Part shown: piece after piece, positions 54,193 through 64,000 of the stretch
Position numbering within the stretch: the first letter of the stretch is position 1
Layout: the number at the start of each line of letters is the position of its first letter
Made by a program: the position numbers and the translations under genes
Notes under the pieces: generated by a model
What the model was told of the DNA's origin: nothing
Databases searched by the model: none
The model's input: only the letters and a program-made list of their open reading frames with translations
IMG/VR virus record: IMGVR_UViG_2885526491_000007
Span: 1-64,000 of that record
Strand: one strand, 5' to 3'
DNA: 64,000 bases
Origin: a virus
Taxonomy: Duplodnaviria > Caudoviricetes

Positions 54193-54813
54193 TTAAACAA
54201 ACGAAAAACTTCTCATTTTTTCATCAATATCTATTTCCATGTCCCACCAAATCTTACCCTCTTTTACCTCAGGATCTTTTTGGAGATTCATTTCATTATC
54301 TAATCTAAATACATTTTGATCATATACCTTCCCGTAGCTCATTCCATATCTAGTACCACCTTCGATCACTCCTTCATTTTTCACTGTAACGATTTTTGGA
54401 CACAATGCTGCCAATAGTCGATCACGTTCAATTAAACGCTTTGAGAATTGACTCAATCCTCTCTCGTTGCGTTCAACTGCCTTTGTGGCGTATGGGTGAA
54501 TAATACATCCTTTGTTTCTAATCTCTTCGGCAAGGCTACGGTTTTTCCATGGGTAGATATCTTGCTCAATAGGTGTGTTTACGATTGCTATCGTTTTCCC
54601 ATTTCCAGCTATAGCTCCCTTGTGTGCGGCTGCATCTATACCTTCCGCTAATCCCGAAACAACTATGTATCCGTGCCTTGCTAAATTATAGGCAAAACTA
54701 TGTGCTGTTTTTAACTCTTCAGGGCTTGCTTTTCTTGACCCAATCACGGCAACCCAATTGTCTCTTTGAGTTAAATCCAAATTTAAACCAGATACTTTAA
54801 TTAGTCCCACCAT
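54193..54813 (-). CDS. dprA: DprA/SMF Rossmann-fold protein
   Basis: VAVIGSR, VVSGLAEGIDAAAH, ERDRL. Confidence 0.8.
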   Translation of the reverse strand: MVGLIKVSGLNLDLTQRDNWVAVIGSRKASPEELKTAHSFAYNLARHGYIVVSGLAEGIDAAAHKGAIAGNGKTIAIVNTPIEQDIYPWKNRSLAEEIRNKGCIIHPYATKAVERNERGLSQFSKRLIERDRLLAALCPKIVTVKNEGVIEGGTRYGMSYGKVYDQNVFRLDNEMNLQKDPEVKEGKIWWDMEIDIDEKMRSFSFV

Positions 54814-55226
54814 CCTTGAGACTTTTCAGCAATGATTTTGAATGCTTCTTTCATGTCATTTAACTCTTGCTCTTCGGCTTTACGATTTACCTCTTTCCAT
54901 TCCTGATAAACAGGGCTATTTCTATTCACATGCCATTTGCGATTCTCAATACTGATAAATCCATCCGGTAAGCTATCGACCTTATTGGAATGAACGCTGT
55001 TTATCATATTGTTGAGTTTATCTTTTGCTTCTTTAATTTCTTCTGCAATCTGTGGAGCTTCAACAGAATATGTATTCTTACTATTAAAGAATTTCTCCAT
55101 ACTGGACATCTTATAATGAACAATGCGATACAGATAATCATGATCATAGTCCCTATCAGTCCATACAATCGGCAACCATTTAATCAGATTCCGAACTCCA
55201 ACTCTAAATGCTCGTGCTTGTGACAT
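54801..55226 (-). CDS. Hypothetical phage protein
   Basis: WLPIVWTDRDYD...GWWD. Confidence 0.65.
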   Translation of the reverse strand: MSQARAFRVGVRNLIKWLPIVWTDRDYDHDYLYRIVHYKMSSMEKFFNSKNTYSVEAPQIAEEIKEAKDKLNNMINSVHSNKVDSLPDGFISIENRKWHVNRNSPVYQEWKEVNRKAEEQELNDMKEAFKIIAEKSQGWWD

Positions 55227-55482
55227 AATTCTTTTGTAGATGTTTATACTAATGACCTCTCTTCAATTATAGGATATGGAATCTTCGTAACACTGCAATT
55301 AAAACAAACGTTGCCATCATCACATAAAAGTATAGTCTGTGTGAGAATCTTGATTTATTTGTAAAACTTACGAAACGGATAGGAAGATATGCTAGTGCCA
55401 TTGTACTCAACAATCCCAATGCAGTATCTAAATAATTTACCAGAGTTCCTGCCTCACCTTTCTTTATCAATTGTTCATTTTA

Positions 55483-55840
55483 TCAGATAGAAATTTCATA
55501 CACATTCCCTACCTTTGTCCCCTTGGTAATACAGGAGCCTTTTAGATGTTCTTCATGCTCAGGATCTTCTAAATGCTTTGAGTCTGCCAAATAATAGCCT
55601 GTGTTCACATAATCCCACTCAACTACGTACAGCCAACCCTCATATTCTATAACGTCTTTATGATAAACTTTTTGCTTGCCTGACACATCGTAAAGGCCAG
55701 TAAACGCTCTAAATATATAGTTGGCATAATGTCCACTACCTTCAGCATCATGAACTCCACTCTCCTCAAACCAATATAAATCTTCAATGGTCTCCATTTC
55801 TTTGCGGCGAGTATCGAAAGCCTGAAATTCTGAAAAACAT
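55483..55840 (-). pseudogene. YopX-family gene with apparent +1 frameshift near start
   Basis: EFQAFD...FTGLYD...VGNVYE; RBS-ATG at 55840 is out of frame. Confidence 0.55.
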
Positions 55841-56229
55841 TACTAAGTCACTCCTTATTCGTATTTTCAATCCAATATGTATTTCATTCAATTACTGATA
55901 TCTTAATTTCTTTTCCTTTTAATCGATCTAGAATCACTCCAATAGAAGTGCCTCCAATAATGTGATCTGTAACAATGCCTCTTGATGGTGTAACTTTACC
56001 TGTTTACTGAACATTACCTGAGAAATCTTCGTCATCAATGGCTATGGATTCTCCATTTTGTTTATCCAGCTCATTTGCCACTTGATTAAATTCATTGGCG
56101 ATACTTCTAAGATCCTGAGCACTCCACGTGTTATTTGTTAAACTGATACTGCTAACAAGCCGATGTGGGAATCCGATTTGTTTTACTATTTTCCCTTTTA
56201 TAAATCTCCCGTTAACCTTTATCTCAGCA

Positions 56230-56817
56230 CTAAACATTCGCAATTTCCTCCTTTTTAGTCCATTCTAATTTATTTGTTTCGTGTCTATCCTTTTTATGTT
56301 TGAACCCCAGTTTCGCCAAAATATAATCATAAAAGGGCTTATAGTTATAGTTGTCTGTTCTGATATCTTTAGTTAAGTATGGTGACATATCTGAGGGATG
56401 TTTATAATAATGAACCCTTAAATAATATCGTTCCCCATAACTATCTCTCCCGAGTACTCTGACACACAATTCAGCATATTTATTTTCTGCTTGAGGAATC
56501 CAAACATAATGATGTGAATGGAAGCTTCCATCTGGATCATTTCTTAAATCCTCAACCTGATAAAGACATCCATCTCTAACTTCATATGTATACCGCTCAT
56601 TGTCTGGAGCATAATTGAAACTCTTTGGAATTTCGTATTGAACACCATTAATATCTGCTGTATTAAGTTTACTACTTACTCGGCGTGCTTCCTCGTCAAT
56701 CTTATGTCTCAACTTGTACATCTCTTCCCCAATGCCCTTTTTTGCCGTTTTGCTTTTCACATTCCCGTAATCCATTTTTGCTTGTTCATACTCGTTCTTC
56801 ATTTCTATTAGCTGCAT
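56230..56817 (-). CDS. Hypothetical phage protein
   Basis: GGAGG RBS after palindrome site. Confidence 0.65.
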   Translation of the reverse strand: MQLIEMKNEYEQAKMDYGNVKSKTAKKGIGEEMYKLRHKIDEEARRVSSKLNTADINGVQYEIPKSFNYAPDNERYTYEVRDGCLYQVEDLRNDPDGSFHSHHYVWIPQAENKYAELCVRVLGRDSYGERYYLRVHYYKHPSDMSPYLTKDIRTDNYNYKPFYDYILAKLGFKHKKDRHETNKLEWTKKEEIANV

Positions 56818-57790
56818 TTTCTACCTCCCCAATGTTAGTCAAACACGAATTTCATTCTGACTTGTTGAAAGCAATCCTTCGGTATATACCAGTCATATGT
56901 ATTTGATTAATGATGTGATTTCGAATCTTCTTTTCTGAAAGATATGATTTTACTGGTGTGTCTGTTTCCTCAGCAAATTTTAGCAATTGTTCCTTTGTGA
57001 ATGGATCAAATACTACTTTTAATTCTTCAACAGATAGATTGTAGTAATATTCTAGTGTCAACAAATGAATCTCCTCCTTTCCAATAAAATAGACCTTTTA
57101 CAAGATTGTATACCATGCCTCTAGATTACTTTCAGTTAGCGGAACTACTTCGTTTAAGTGCTCTCCATCCTGATTGCAATATACAATTGCACTGTCTCCA
57201 AACCTTCTAGTTATGTACCACTCCTCATGAAGTCCGTATTCTGCTTTTGCTACATTTCCATTAGTCAGCAGATCTAAAATCCCCGCCAACGTCAACATTT
57301 TAATCACTCCTTATTATAAATAGCCAACAAATGTCCCTTTTGGTGCAATTTCAATCTGATCAATAAAGTCTCTCTTTGATAAATACTCAATATCAAGCTT
57401 ACTCCTGTATCCAATTAAGCCTTTAATTACAGGCGATCTATATGCCACGATACCAAATTTATTTAGCACTTTTTCACACTTTTCATAGTCTTCAGAAAGT
57501 CTAATTATGTACTCCATCTACTAAGCTCCCCCTCTTATCTACCAAAGAAGTCATTGATACACTCCTTCTTAAAACTTTCAAGAGATATTCCATAGTCGCT
57601 ATCTAATTTATTTTTATACACACTCTTCCAACCAAACCAATACTTCATTTTCTTAAAAATACTCAGATTGTATTCTGTTGTATATAACTCAACTCCACCC
57701 ATACGACCCGTTGATACTCTTGACTGTCTAACTTTCATTAAGTATCGTGTTCCATTTTCTACCCAATACTTTTTATACAAACTTGTCCCC

Positions 57791-58237
57791 TCACAATCTG
57801 TACAATGTCACTTCATAATCGCTGAATACTTCTTCAATAATTCCATAAACAACTTTCCAATCTCCATTAGCTAACCCACAACCAATGTTATATGGAAGTG
57901 CAACTGAATAACCAAACTTCTTTGCCCGTAACTTCAATGACTCAAGCGCAGACTTCAAAGCAGCATAGTCTGTGTATACAACGTTCCTATTTCTTCCATA
58001 TGTAGTCTGTCCAAATATATTAGCTATAACTCTCTTATTGTTTACCTTGGTAGTCCAACATAGACCCAGTAATCTATCACCATATTCATGACATGCCAAC
58101 TGGTAAAACGGATAAGCATCTGGGTACATCTGTTTGATTGCTTTGGCGATTCCTGATCCCCAGACACCTTTAGTATTTGTTTGATGCCCAATGATATCTT
58201 CAGTAGCATCAAGCAAGTCACCATCGATTATTTTAAT
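57791..58237 (-). CDS. Macro domain (ADP-ribose processing) protein
   Basis: IDGDLL, HQTNTKGVWGSGIA, PYNIGCGLANGDW. Confidence 0.85.
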   Translation of the reverse strand: MKIIDGDLLDATEDIIGHQTNTKGVWGSGIAKAIKQMYPDAYPFYQLACHEYGDRLLGLCWTTKVNNKRVIANIFGQTTYGRNRNVVYTDYAALKSALESLKLRAKKFGYSVALPYNIGCGLANGDWKVVYGIIEEVFSDYEVTLYRL

Positions 58238-58459
58238 CCTTCACATTGTCCTTTCTTTGATGGGCATATAATTCATAGAACTTTGTAAATAATTCACCAC
58301 TAGATGGACTTCGTTTAATTTCAAACTCAATTTCTCTTGTTCCTAATTCCAACATAATCTCTTCTTTTATGTCTCCAAGTTCTTCGAGTTGTTTTTCATG
58401 TAATAAATAATAGTCCAAAGCTTATTCTCCTTTCCTGTGAAACGTGCCTTTTACTTAGA

Positions 58460-58825
58460 CTATGATTGCAAGTCATCTACTCTAACTAAGCCCCATTTCT
58501 CTTCGTCGTCTGGTGTTGCTTCTCTGACGAACTTTGCCTGAACATGAGGACACAAACACCCATCTTCTTCTCTTACAATCATTTCAATAAGATTGTCTGC
58601 ACACCATGATCCCTTATTGTATCTAAACTCAACATCTTCATCCTTCCAAGACTCCGGTACGTCCATTACCATCCTAATAGTAAAATCCATAACAACTGTT
58701 CTGTTTCTAATTACACATTCGGAAGTATGTGACTCTCCAATCAAGCTATGGCAATAAAAACAACGATCTGGTTTACCTGCTGGTCTTGCTGCATATTCAG
58801 TTACAATCCAATCTTTTCTTCTCAT
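58460..58825 (-). CDS. Hypothetical Cys-rich phage protein
   Basis: Bounded by sites 58438 and 58847. Confidence 0.65.
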   Translation of the reverse strand: MRRKDWIVTEYAARPAGKPDRCFYCHSLIGESHTSECVIRNRTVVMDFTIRMVMDVPESWKDEDVEFRYNKGSWCADNLIEMIVREEDGCLCPHVQAKFVREATPDDEEKWGLVRVDDLQS

Positions 58826-59425
58826 ATAGCTACCTCCAATTTTTGATGAAACAGATCTTTTACATAAATATATTTGTGGTATATTTACTCTTAATTATTC
58901 TTCTGTAAAGCATCTAATGCGGATCTCATCCTTTGTACGGTTTCGTCAAGCACTTGCTGCGCCCAATATTCCAGAGGATAGTGTCCAACAAATTCTTCAT
59001 CTTCTTTTAACATCTCAATAAAAGATGAATGACTAATAATGACTCTTACTAAACTTTCCTCTAAAGGTGTTGCATCGGTTATGTACTGGATTAACATTTC
59101 AACAAAAATATGATCGTTCAATGAACTTGTCCTCCTAGCTCTTTTCTATATTTACTATCTGCTATCTCAGGGAAGATTGCTACGAATAAATCTATTACAT
59201 CTAAAATTTTACGTTCTCCGTTTGTTGCAACATAGAATCCAAAGTTTTCACTATGCTTAGTTACTTTTATGCCCAATTCTTCAGCTAATATCATTGTCTT
59301 GTCTAAATCAACTGATTTGATGTCTTTCAATTTATGTATCGCCTCCTAATTAAAGTAGTGGTATAACAACTTGTTAAAGTCATCATACCACTACTTTTAT
59401 AATTTGTACATATATTTATTCTTAT

Positions 59426-59938
59426 TTAACTGATTCTCAAGTGTTTTTTGTCATTTACCAGTACTGCACCTTCAACTTCCAATCCATTTTTCACGGCTTT
59501 AAGAAGTGCCTTACTATCAATTTTAGGCTCCTGTTCAATTTTAAACGTATCTGGGATCTTCGCTGGATCAATTATATTGATTGATGGTGGATTTACTTGG
59601 AGTTTTACTTTAAAGGTTCCAGCATTGACCTTATCGATCTTACTGACCTCAAGTGTATTTTGCATGTAGCTCTTTAGACCATCAAACTTGTTCTGAAGAT
59701 ACTTACGTTTCTTTTCAAGTCGCTTTTCCTCGTTTTTAAAAGCTTCAATATCGCCTTCGATATTCTTCATGAATTTCACAATGTTCTCAACTTTAACTTC
59801 AACCTCATCTTCAATTGATTCAAGTGTCTCAATATACATCTGCAAATCATCTTCAGTCATATCCTCATCATCCCAAGCTGCATCAACAAAATGATTAAAG
59901 CGTCTGTACTTCTCTCCAAGCTCATAAAGTTTACTCAT
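59426..59938 (-). CDS. Siphovirus Gp157-family protein
   Basis: MSKLYEL...ETLESI...NPPS...EGAVL...LRI. Confidence 0.85.
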   Translation of the reverse strand: MSKLYELGEKYRRFNHFVDAAWDDEDMTEDDLQMYIETLESIEDEVEVKVENIVKFMKNIEGDIEAFKNEEKRLEKKRKYLQNKFDGLKSYMQNTLEVSKIDKVNAGTFKVKLQVNPPSINIIDPAKIPDTFKIEQEPKIDSKALLKAVKNGLEVEGAVLVNDKKHLRIS

Positions 59939-60011
59939 TCATTATTCTCCTCATATATGTATTATTCTTGATAAATTCTATGTTTCATTGAAATATTTCA
60001 TCATGAGGCAA

Positions 60012-61079
60012 TCAGATAGTATCGTTACTAAAATCAGATTCTATGTCTTCTATTGTTTGATCAGCAAGCTCGGAAATAAATTTAATCTTTTCCTCTTTAG
60101 GAATGTTCAATTTACAAATCATCTCAATTTTCTTGTCCATCCTGATATTTCGTTGCATTATAAACGCTTTCTGCTGAGGATATTGGAAGTCTAGATAATA
60201 AAAGTGTCCATATTGATTTTCTGTCATTTGGTCTTTAAATAGTTCAGACAACTCAGTATTAAACTTTAGAAGATATGAATTCTTCTTAACGAAATTCTTA
60301 TGGATTTCTTTAAGATTTTTCGTCGGAATGAGCTTAAACAATTCTTTAGACTGACTAGTACTGATATTCTGATAGTCTTGTATTTTAAAGAAGTATTCTG
60401 AATGACTCTTCTTGTTTAATATTGAATCATAGATCAGTTTGAAGTATTTATCTTGAGTAAGTAGTGGATTCTGCAACAGTAGATTCCATGGAATTTCAAC
60501 ATATGATTCCTTCTCAAATAGATTCTTTAGATTCCCTTTGTAGCGGCTAACAGAGGAGAAATGAAAACCCATATTGTGCTCAAAGATACAACCATTACAC
60601 ACGTACATTTTATAAAGGTTGCTAAAAATCATATCTAACTCACTTTCATTGTAGTCATACGGAAGCTTATAACTTTTTGCCCATAGTGGATATTCGATAT
60701 CAAAGAGATCAAACAGAGCAAATATGATATCTTTATCTGGATAATATTTAACAATCAATTTAAACCATTGGGGAATCTCATCCTTATGCATCCCCTCAAA
60801 GTCAACTGAACTAGATTCTAGGTTTAAATGTGCAATCAATACAGAAATATTATCTAAAGTAATCTTAGACTTAAGAACCTCAAACAACTTCATTTGTTCA
60901 GGTTTCTTGTTTGTCTGAGTTAATTCGATGATCTTTTGCTCACTCAACCTATTGACTTCTCTTAAAGAGTGCAACTCATCGAGGTATTCATTAACCCTCT
61001 TTTCAACCTCTGTGTTCACCAAAGACATAAAACTGCTCTCGAAACTCTGATAGCTTTCCTCATCATATTCTAAGTACAA
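60012..61079 (-). CDS. Hypothetical phage protein
   Basis: Bounded by sites 59972 and 61101. Confidence 0.7.
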   Translation of the reverse strand: MYLEYDEESYQSFESSFMSLVNTEVEKRVNEYLDELHSLREVNRLSEQKIIELTQTNKKPEQMKLFEVLKSKITLDNISVLIAHLNLESSSVDFEGMHKDEIPQWFKLIVKYYPDKDIIFALFDLFDIEYPLWAKSYKLPYDYNESELDMIFSNLYKMYVCNGCIFEHNMGFHFSSVSRYKGNLKNLFEKESYVEIPWNLLLQNPLLTQDKYFKLIYDSILNKKSHSEYFFKIQDYQNISTSQSKELFKLIPTKNLKEIHKNFVKKNSYLLKFNTELSELFKDQMTENQYGHFYYLDFQYPQQKAFIMQRNIRMDKKIEMICKLNIPKEEKIKFISELADQTIEDIESDFSNDTI

Positions 61080-62217
61080 TTTATTAACTCCTTTTCTCAG
61101 TAAAATTTACATTTGATCAAGATTCGTTCGACGTTAAGTCGATACCAAAGAAATATTCGCTGTTTGCCCCTCTTACACTATCAGGTGTGTCAATAAGTTC
61201 GATTCTGCTTCCATTTCCAAATTCAATATAACCATTGTTGCCTTTTTGACTTCTCAAAAACTTGCGAATCTCAATCAATTCTCTGAAATTACGTTTCATC
61301 ATCATCTCATCTACTTCATCCATAATTTGATACATCGCTTCCTGATGATCACTCCGTATAGCCGAAGGACAATCCAATGTGTTTGGAATAGCAGCATTAT
61401 GTAGTTCTTCGCTTTCAGGGCAACATTGATCAAATGCATTCCACAAACAGTGATTGTTATTGCAATGCATTTGAATCACCTTCAGACACAGACATATCCG
61501 ACAAGCTTTCAGATAGTTCCTTATATTTGTCGGTAAGTTGTCTTGCATCCTCTTTTATTTTTTCGTCATCATATGTATGCATTTTTAGGGTTACACCATT
61601 CAGGGCATCTTTTGTCATCATATTACTTCATCCTCCAATTCTCTAAGAAAGTCCTCTTTTACATAGTTATTTGCTTTAGTAACTCATCATTGTGCTCCAT
61701 TAATTCCGTATATTTTTCGAGCACATGTTTTAATTCCCCAAGATCTATAAAATCAGAAGCTAAGCTTGTTCCAGTTTCTCTGTTGAAAATAATGAATTTG
61801 TTATTATCAAATATCATCTCATGCCTTCCTGAACCTACTGATGAGTAAATGACGTTATCCCAATTAATCATTTCTACACTCCTTTCATTTTCCATGTCAA
61901 AAAATTTAACTGCGAACAATCCAATAAACGTCAAAACAATTGTCCCAGCAGATATTTTTTGTTACGTAGCCAGTATCTTTGAACTCTCGGAAGAATCCGT
62001 ATTTAATATCTGCCTTTTCGATATCCGTCAGATACTTCTCAGCATCTATCTTCATATGTAATTCCTCTACACTGTTGGCGTAAAATCCACCTTCAGTCCC
62101 ATCAGTTTTACCATAGAGCACTGTGTACTTGTATAGTGAAGCTACTGTATTCTCAAAAATACGTTTCAGGTCATGAGAATATTTAAAACGCTCCATGTTT
62201 AATCTAATGGACTTTAT

Positions 62218-62589
62218 TTAATTACCATCATCATGTCGTCTTGTTGCTGCATGCCAATCACAGAACATTTCTACGATATCAAACAGGTTCATGTCTGCAA
62301 TTCCTCTTGGGTAGTGCTCAGGGTGATGTGAGTTGTTAGCATAATGATGTTTAAGTGCCACACCCATTTTTTCAAGATATACCTTGTATTCGTCAGACCC
62401 ATAAGTACTCACCTTGAGTTTAGGAGTGTATTCAGTGAAAACCTCAAGTTCGGGAGATTCTAACTTAGATTTATCATGTACAAGTGCTCTTTCAGTCAAT
62501 TCCTTTGTAAACTCCATCATGAATTCTCTAACCTGACCAATGTGCTCCTTGGTGTCTCGTATACAATGTTCTTTTGTGTATTCGTACAT
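62218..62589 (-). CDS. DUF5662-like (HD-like) phage protein
   Basis: HDKSK, HHY..NSHHPE, EMFCDW. Confidence 0.7.
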   Translation of the reverse strand: MYEYTKEHCIRDTKEHIGQVREFMMEFTKELTERALVHDKSKLESPELEVFTEYTPKLKVSTYGSDEYKVYLEKMGVALKHHYANNSHHPEHYPRGIADMNLFDIVEMFCDWHAATRRHDDGN

Positions 62590-63399
62590 TTTATTATCCC
62601 TTTCTCTGTAAATTTTCTATTTCATTAACTTATTGAAGTACTCATGAATGAGCTCATCATCAGACATAGCCTTCTCAATAATGCATTTTAAGTCTTTAAT
62701 TTGAATTTCTTTAGATCCGTTTTCTTCAATTTTAATCAATAAATCATAAAAGAACTTACCCGTGTTAGCAGAACCTAACTTAAATGCCTTATTTATAGTT
62801 GAGTATTCTGCCATTTCTTTAATAATCTCTATATAAATCTTATCCAGTTCACCTGTAGTGTCTCTATTCAACTTCAATTCTCCTTTTCTCTGTGAAATTG
62901 CGATTTGATCTGAATTACTTTTCATCTGAATTGGTTTGAAAACAGTGAAAATCATCGTTACACGAAAAGATGGCTTCGGTTCGAATGTTCTTTTTCTCAC
63001 ACAATCCATCACCTTGAAACTTACCATTGGTATAGTCGTCCTTATAATAGATGCAAAAATCACAGAGTGCTCCGACCATCTCGCATTCGCTATCACAGTA
63101 TACAGCCATTCATTTTATCTCCTTATTTCTAATTATTTATTGTGATTTAATTTGCTTAGCTTAGCTTTTTAATCATATGATCTAGTGTATTTCTTAAAGC
63201 AATCGCATCAGCAAGGGAAAAGTCTATCCCACAAAATCGTGAATTGTCTTTAATTGTTACGTAAAACTCATCATCTCTCCCATGCTTCATCGCATTCTCA
63301 ACATTGTCATGATTCCAAATTAACTGCAGCAAATTGCCATTGCTATTGTTTATTTTTAACTGTAAACCTTCCTGATCTAAATATTGAGTGCTTGACATA

Positions 63400-63849
63400 C
63401 TATTCATCCCCTTCATACACAGAACAATATCCTTTAACATACATCTTAAAATTTATGTATAATTCTTCAATCGATTCTGCGTAACTATTAACATTTGGCA
63501 AAGAATATAGAAATCTTTTTTGATAATTCGTATTAAAACCATTGTCGTCCATATAGTCTTCGAATGATAACAGCAGGGACTGAAGATATCCTCTTTCTTC
63601 ATTACTACTTTCACAATGTTGGGTTTGCATATGTAAAAAGTACAATTTGTTCTTTCTATCATAAATGACTTCTATATCATTTAAGGTATACATATTAGCT
63701 TCCTTAAAACGATTATCTATTGAAGACTTAACACCCCAAATGTGCTTAAGTCTTCCCTGATTGTATTCATTGTCAGCATAGTCTGGATATTTCATTTTGC
63801 AGCGAAACACGTCAATCCATCTTGTTGTAGCATAATAAAAGTCTTTCAA
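63400..63849 (-). CDS. Hypothetical phage protein
   Basis: ORF after palindrome site. Confidence 0.6.
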   Translation of the reverse strand: MKDFYYATTRWIDVFRCKMKYPDYADNEYNQGRLKHIWGVKSSIDNRFKEANMYTLNDIEVIYDRKNKLYFLHMQTQHCESSNEERGYLQSLLLSFEDYMDDNGFNTNYQKRFLYSLPNVNSYAESIEELYINFKMYVKGYCSVYEGDE

Positions 63850-64000
63850 ATTCTTACCCCTCTCTTAATGAAATCACGATATCATTTTAGATTTTCAATT
63901 TCACTCATTAGGATTTTTTTATATTCATCCAGTCCAACAATATGAACGTGTGTGTCTGGTTCGCTGTGATAATATCCACTTTCATCGTCAATTTCGAATT

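Larger units (their letters stand above)
7802..63884. repeat. Dispersed 16-bp palindrome TNAAA-N6-TTTNA, about 40 copies at gene junctions
   Basis: Starts: 7802,10387,13115,15883,19646,25551,26789,28283,29339,30151,30551,33928,36350,36968,37330,39928,40129,40516,45204,46481,47317,47591,47826,48242,48924,49961,50170,50356,50901,51362,54162,56839,57085,58438,58847,59972,61101,61646,62893,63869. Confidence 0.9.
1816..64000 (-). mobile_element. Large SPbeta-like prophage arm, continues beyond window
   Basis: Terminal serine recombinase, AT-rich shift, phage replication and nucleotide genes, YopX/YolD/Gp157 families, dense small co-oriented ORFs. Confidence 0.92.

Noticed and set aside
7802-63884. 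Palindrome copies as a CRISPR array or as intrinsic terminators
   Set aside because: Irregular spacing with whole genes between copies and no cas genes; 5-bp AT arms are too weak for terminator stems
55-63945. Numerous short plus-strand ORFs in the track
   Set aside because: Antisense shadows of well-supported minus-strand genes; only 26934, 27917 and 53631 have coding support
1-64000. tRNA, rRNA, arbitrium or structural phage genes
   Set aside because: None recognised by eye in this window; a tRNA/Rfam scan was not possible

Overview
Positions 1-~1815 are GC-richer Bacillales (Paenibacillus-like) chromosome: hflX and the 3' part of the sporulation AAA+ ATPase gene spoVK. From ~1816 to the window end is one arm (>62 kb, AT-rich, almost all minus strand) of a large SPbeta-like prophage inserted into spoVK, probably by the adjacent large serine recombinase. 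The arm carries replication and nucleotide genes (recU, dnaE, recJ, primase, helicase, ligase, thyX, nrdAB, MazG-like, DNA MTase), a SOS-boxed UmuC/YolD pair, a sporulation-type sigma factor, a ParM/ParR-like pair and its own intact spoVK homologue. The most striking unexplained structure is a 16-bp palindrome, TNAAA-N6-TTTNA, found about 40 times at gene boundaries. It divides the accessory genes into RBS-ORF-site units that look like an integron-like cassette array. Also seen: a strand-biased AATACATA motif at gene starts, a conserved promoter family, and repeated ATT/ATA start codons on nucleic-acid enzymes. Everything was read by eye; no searches were run.
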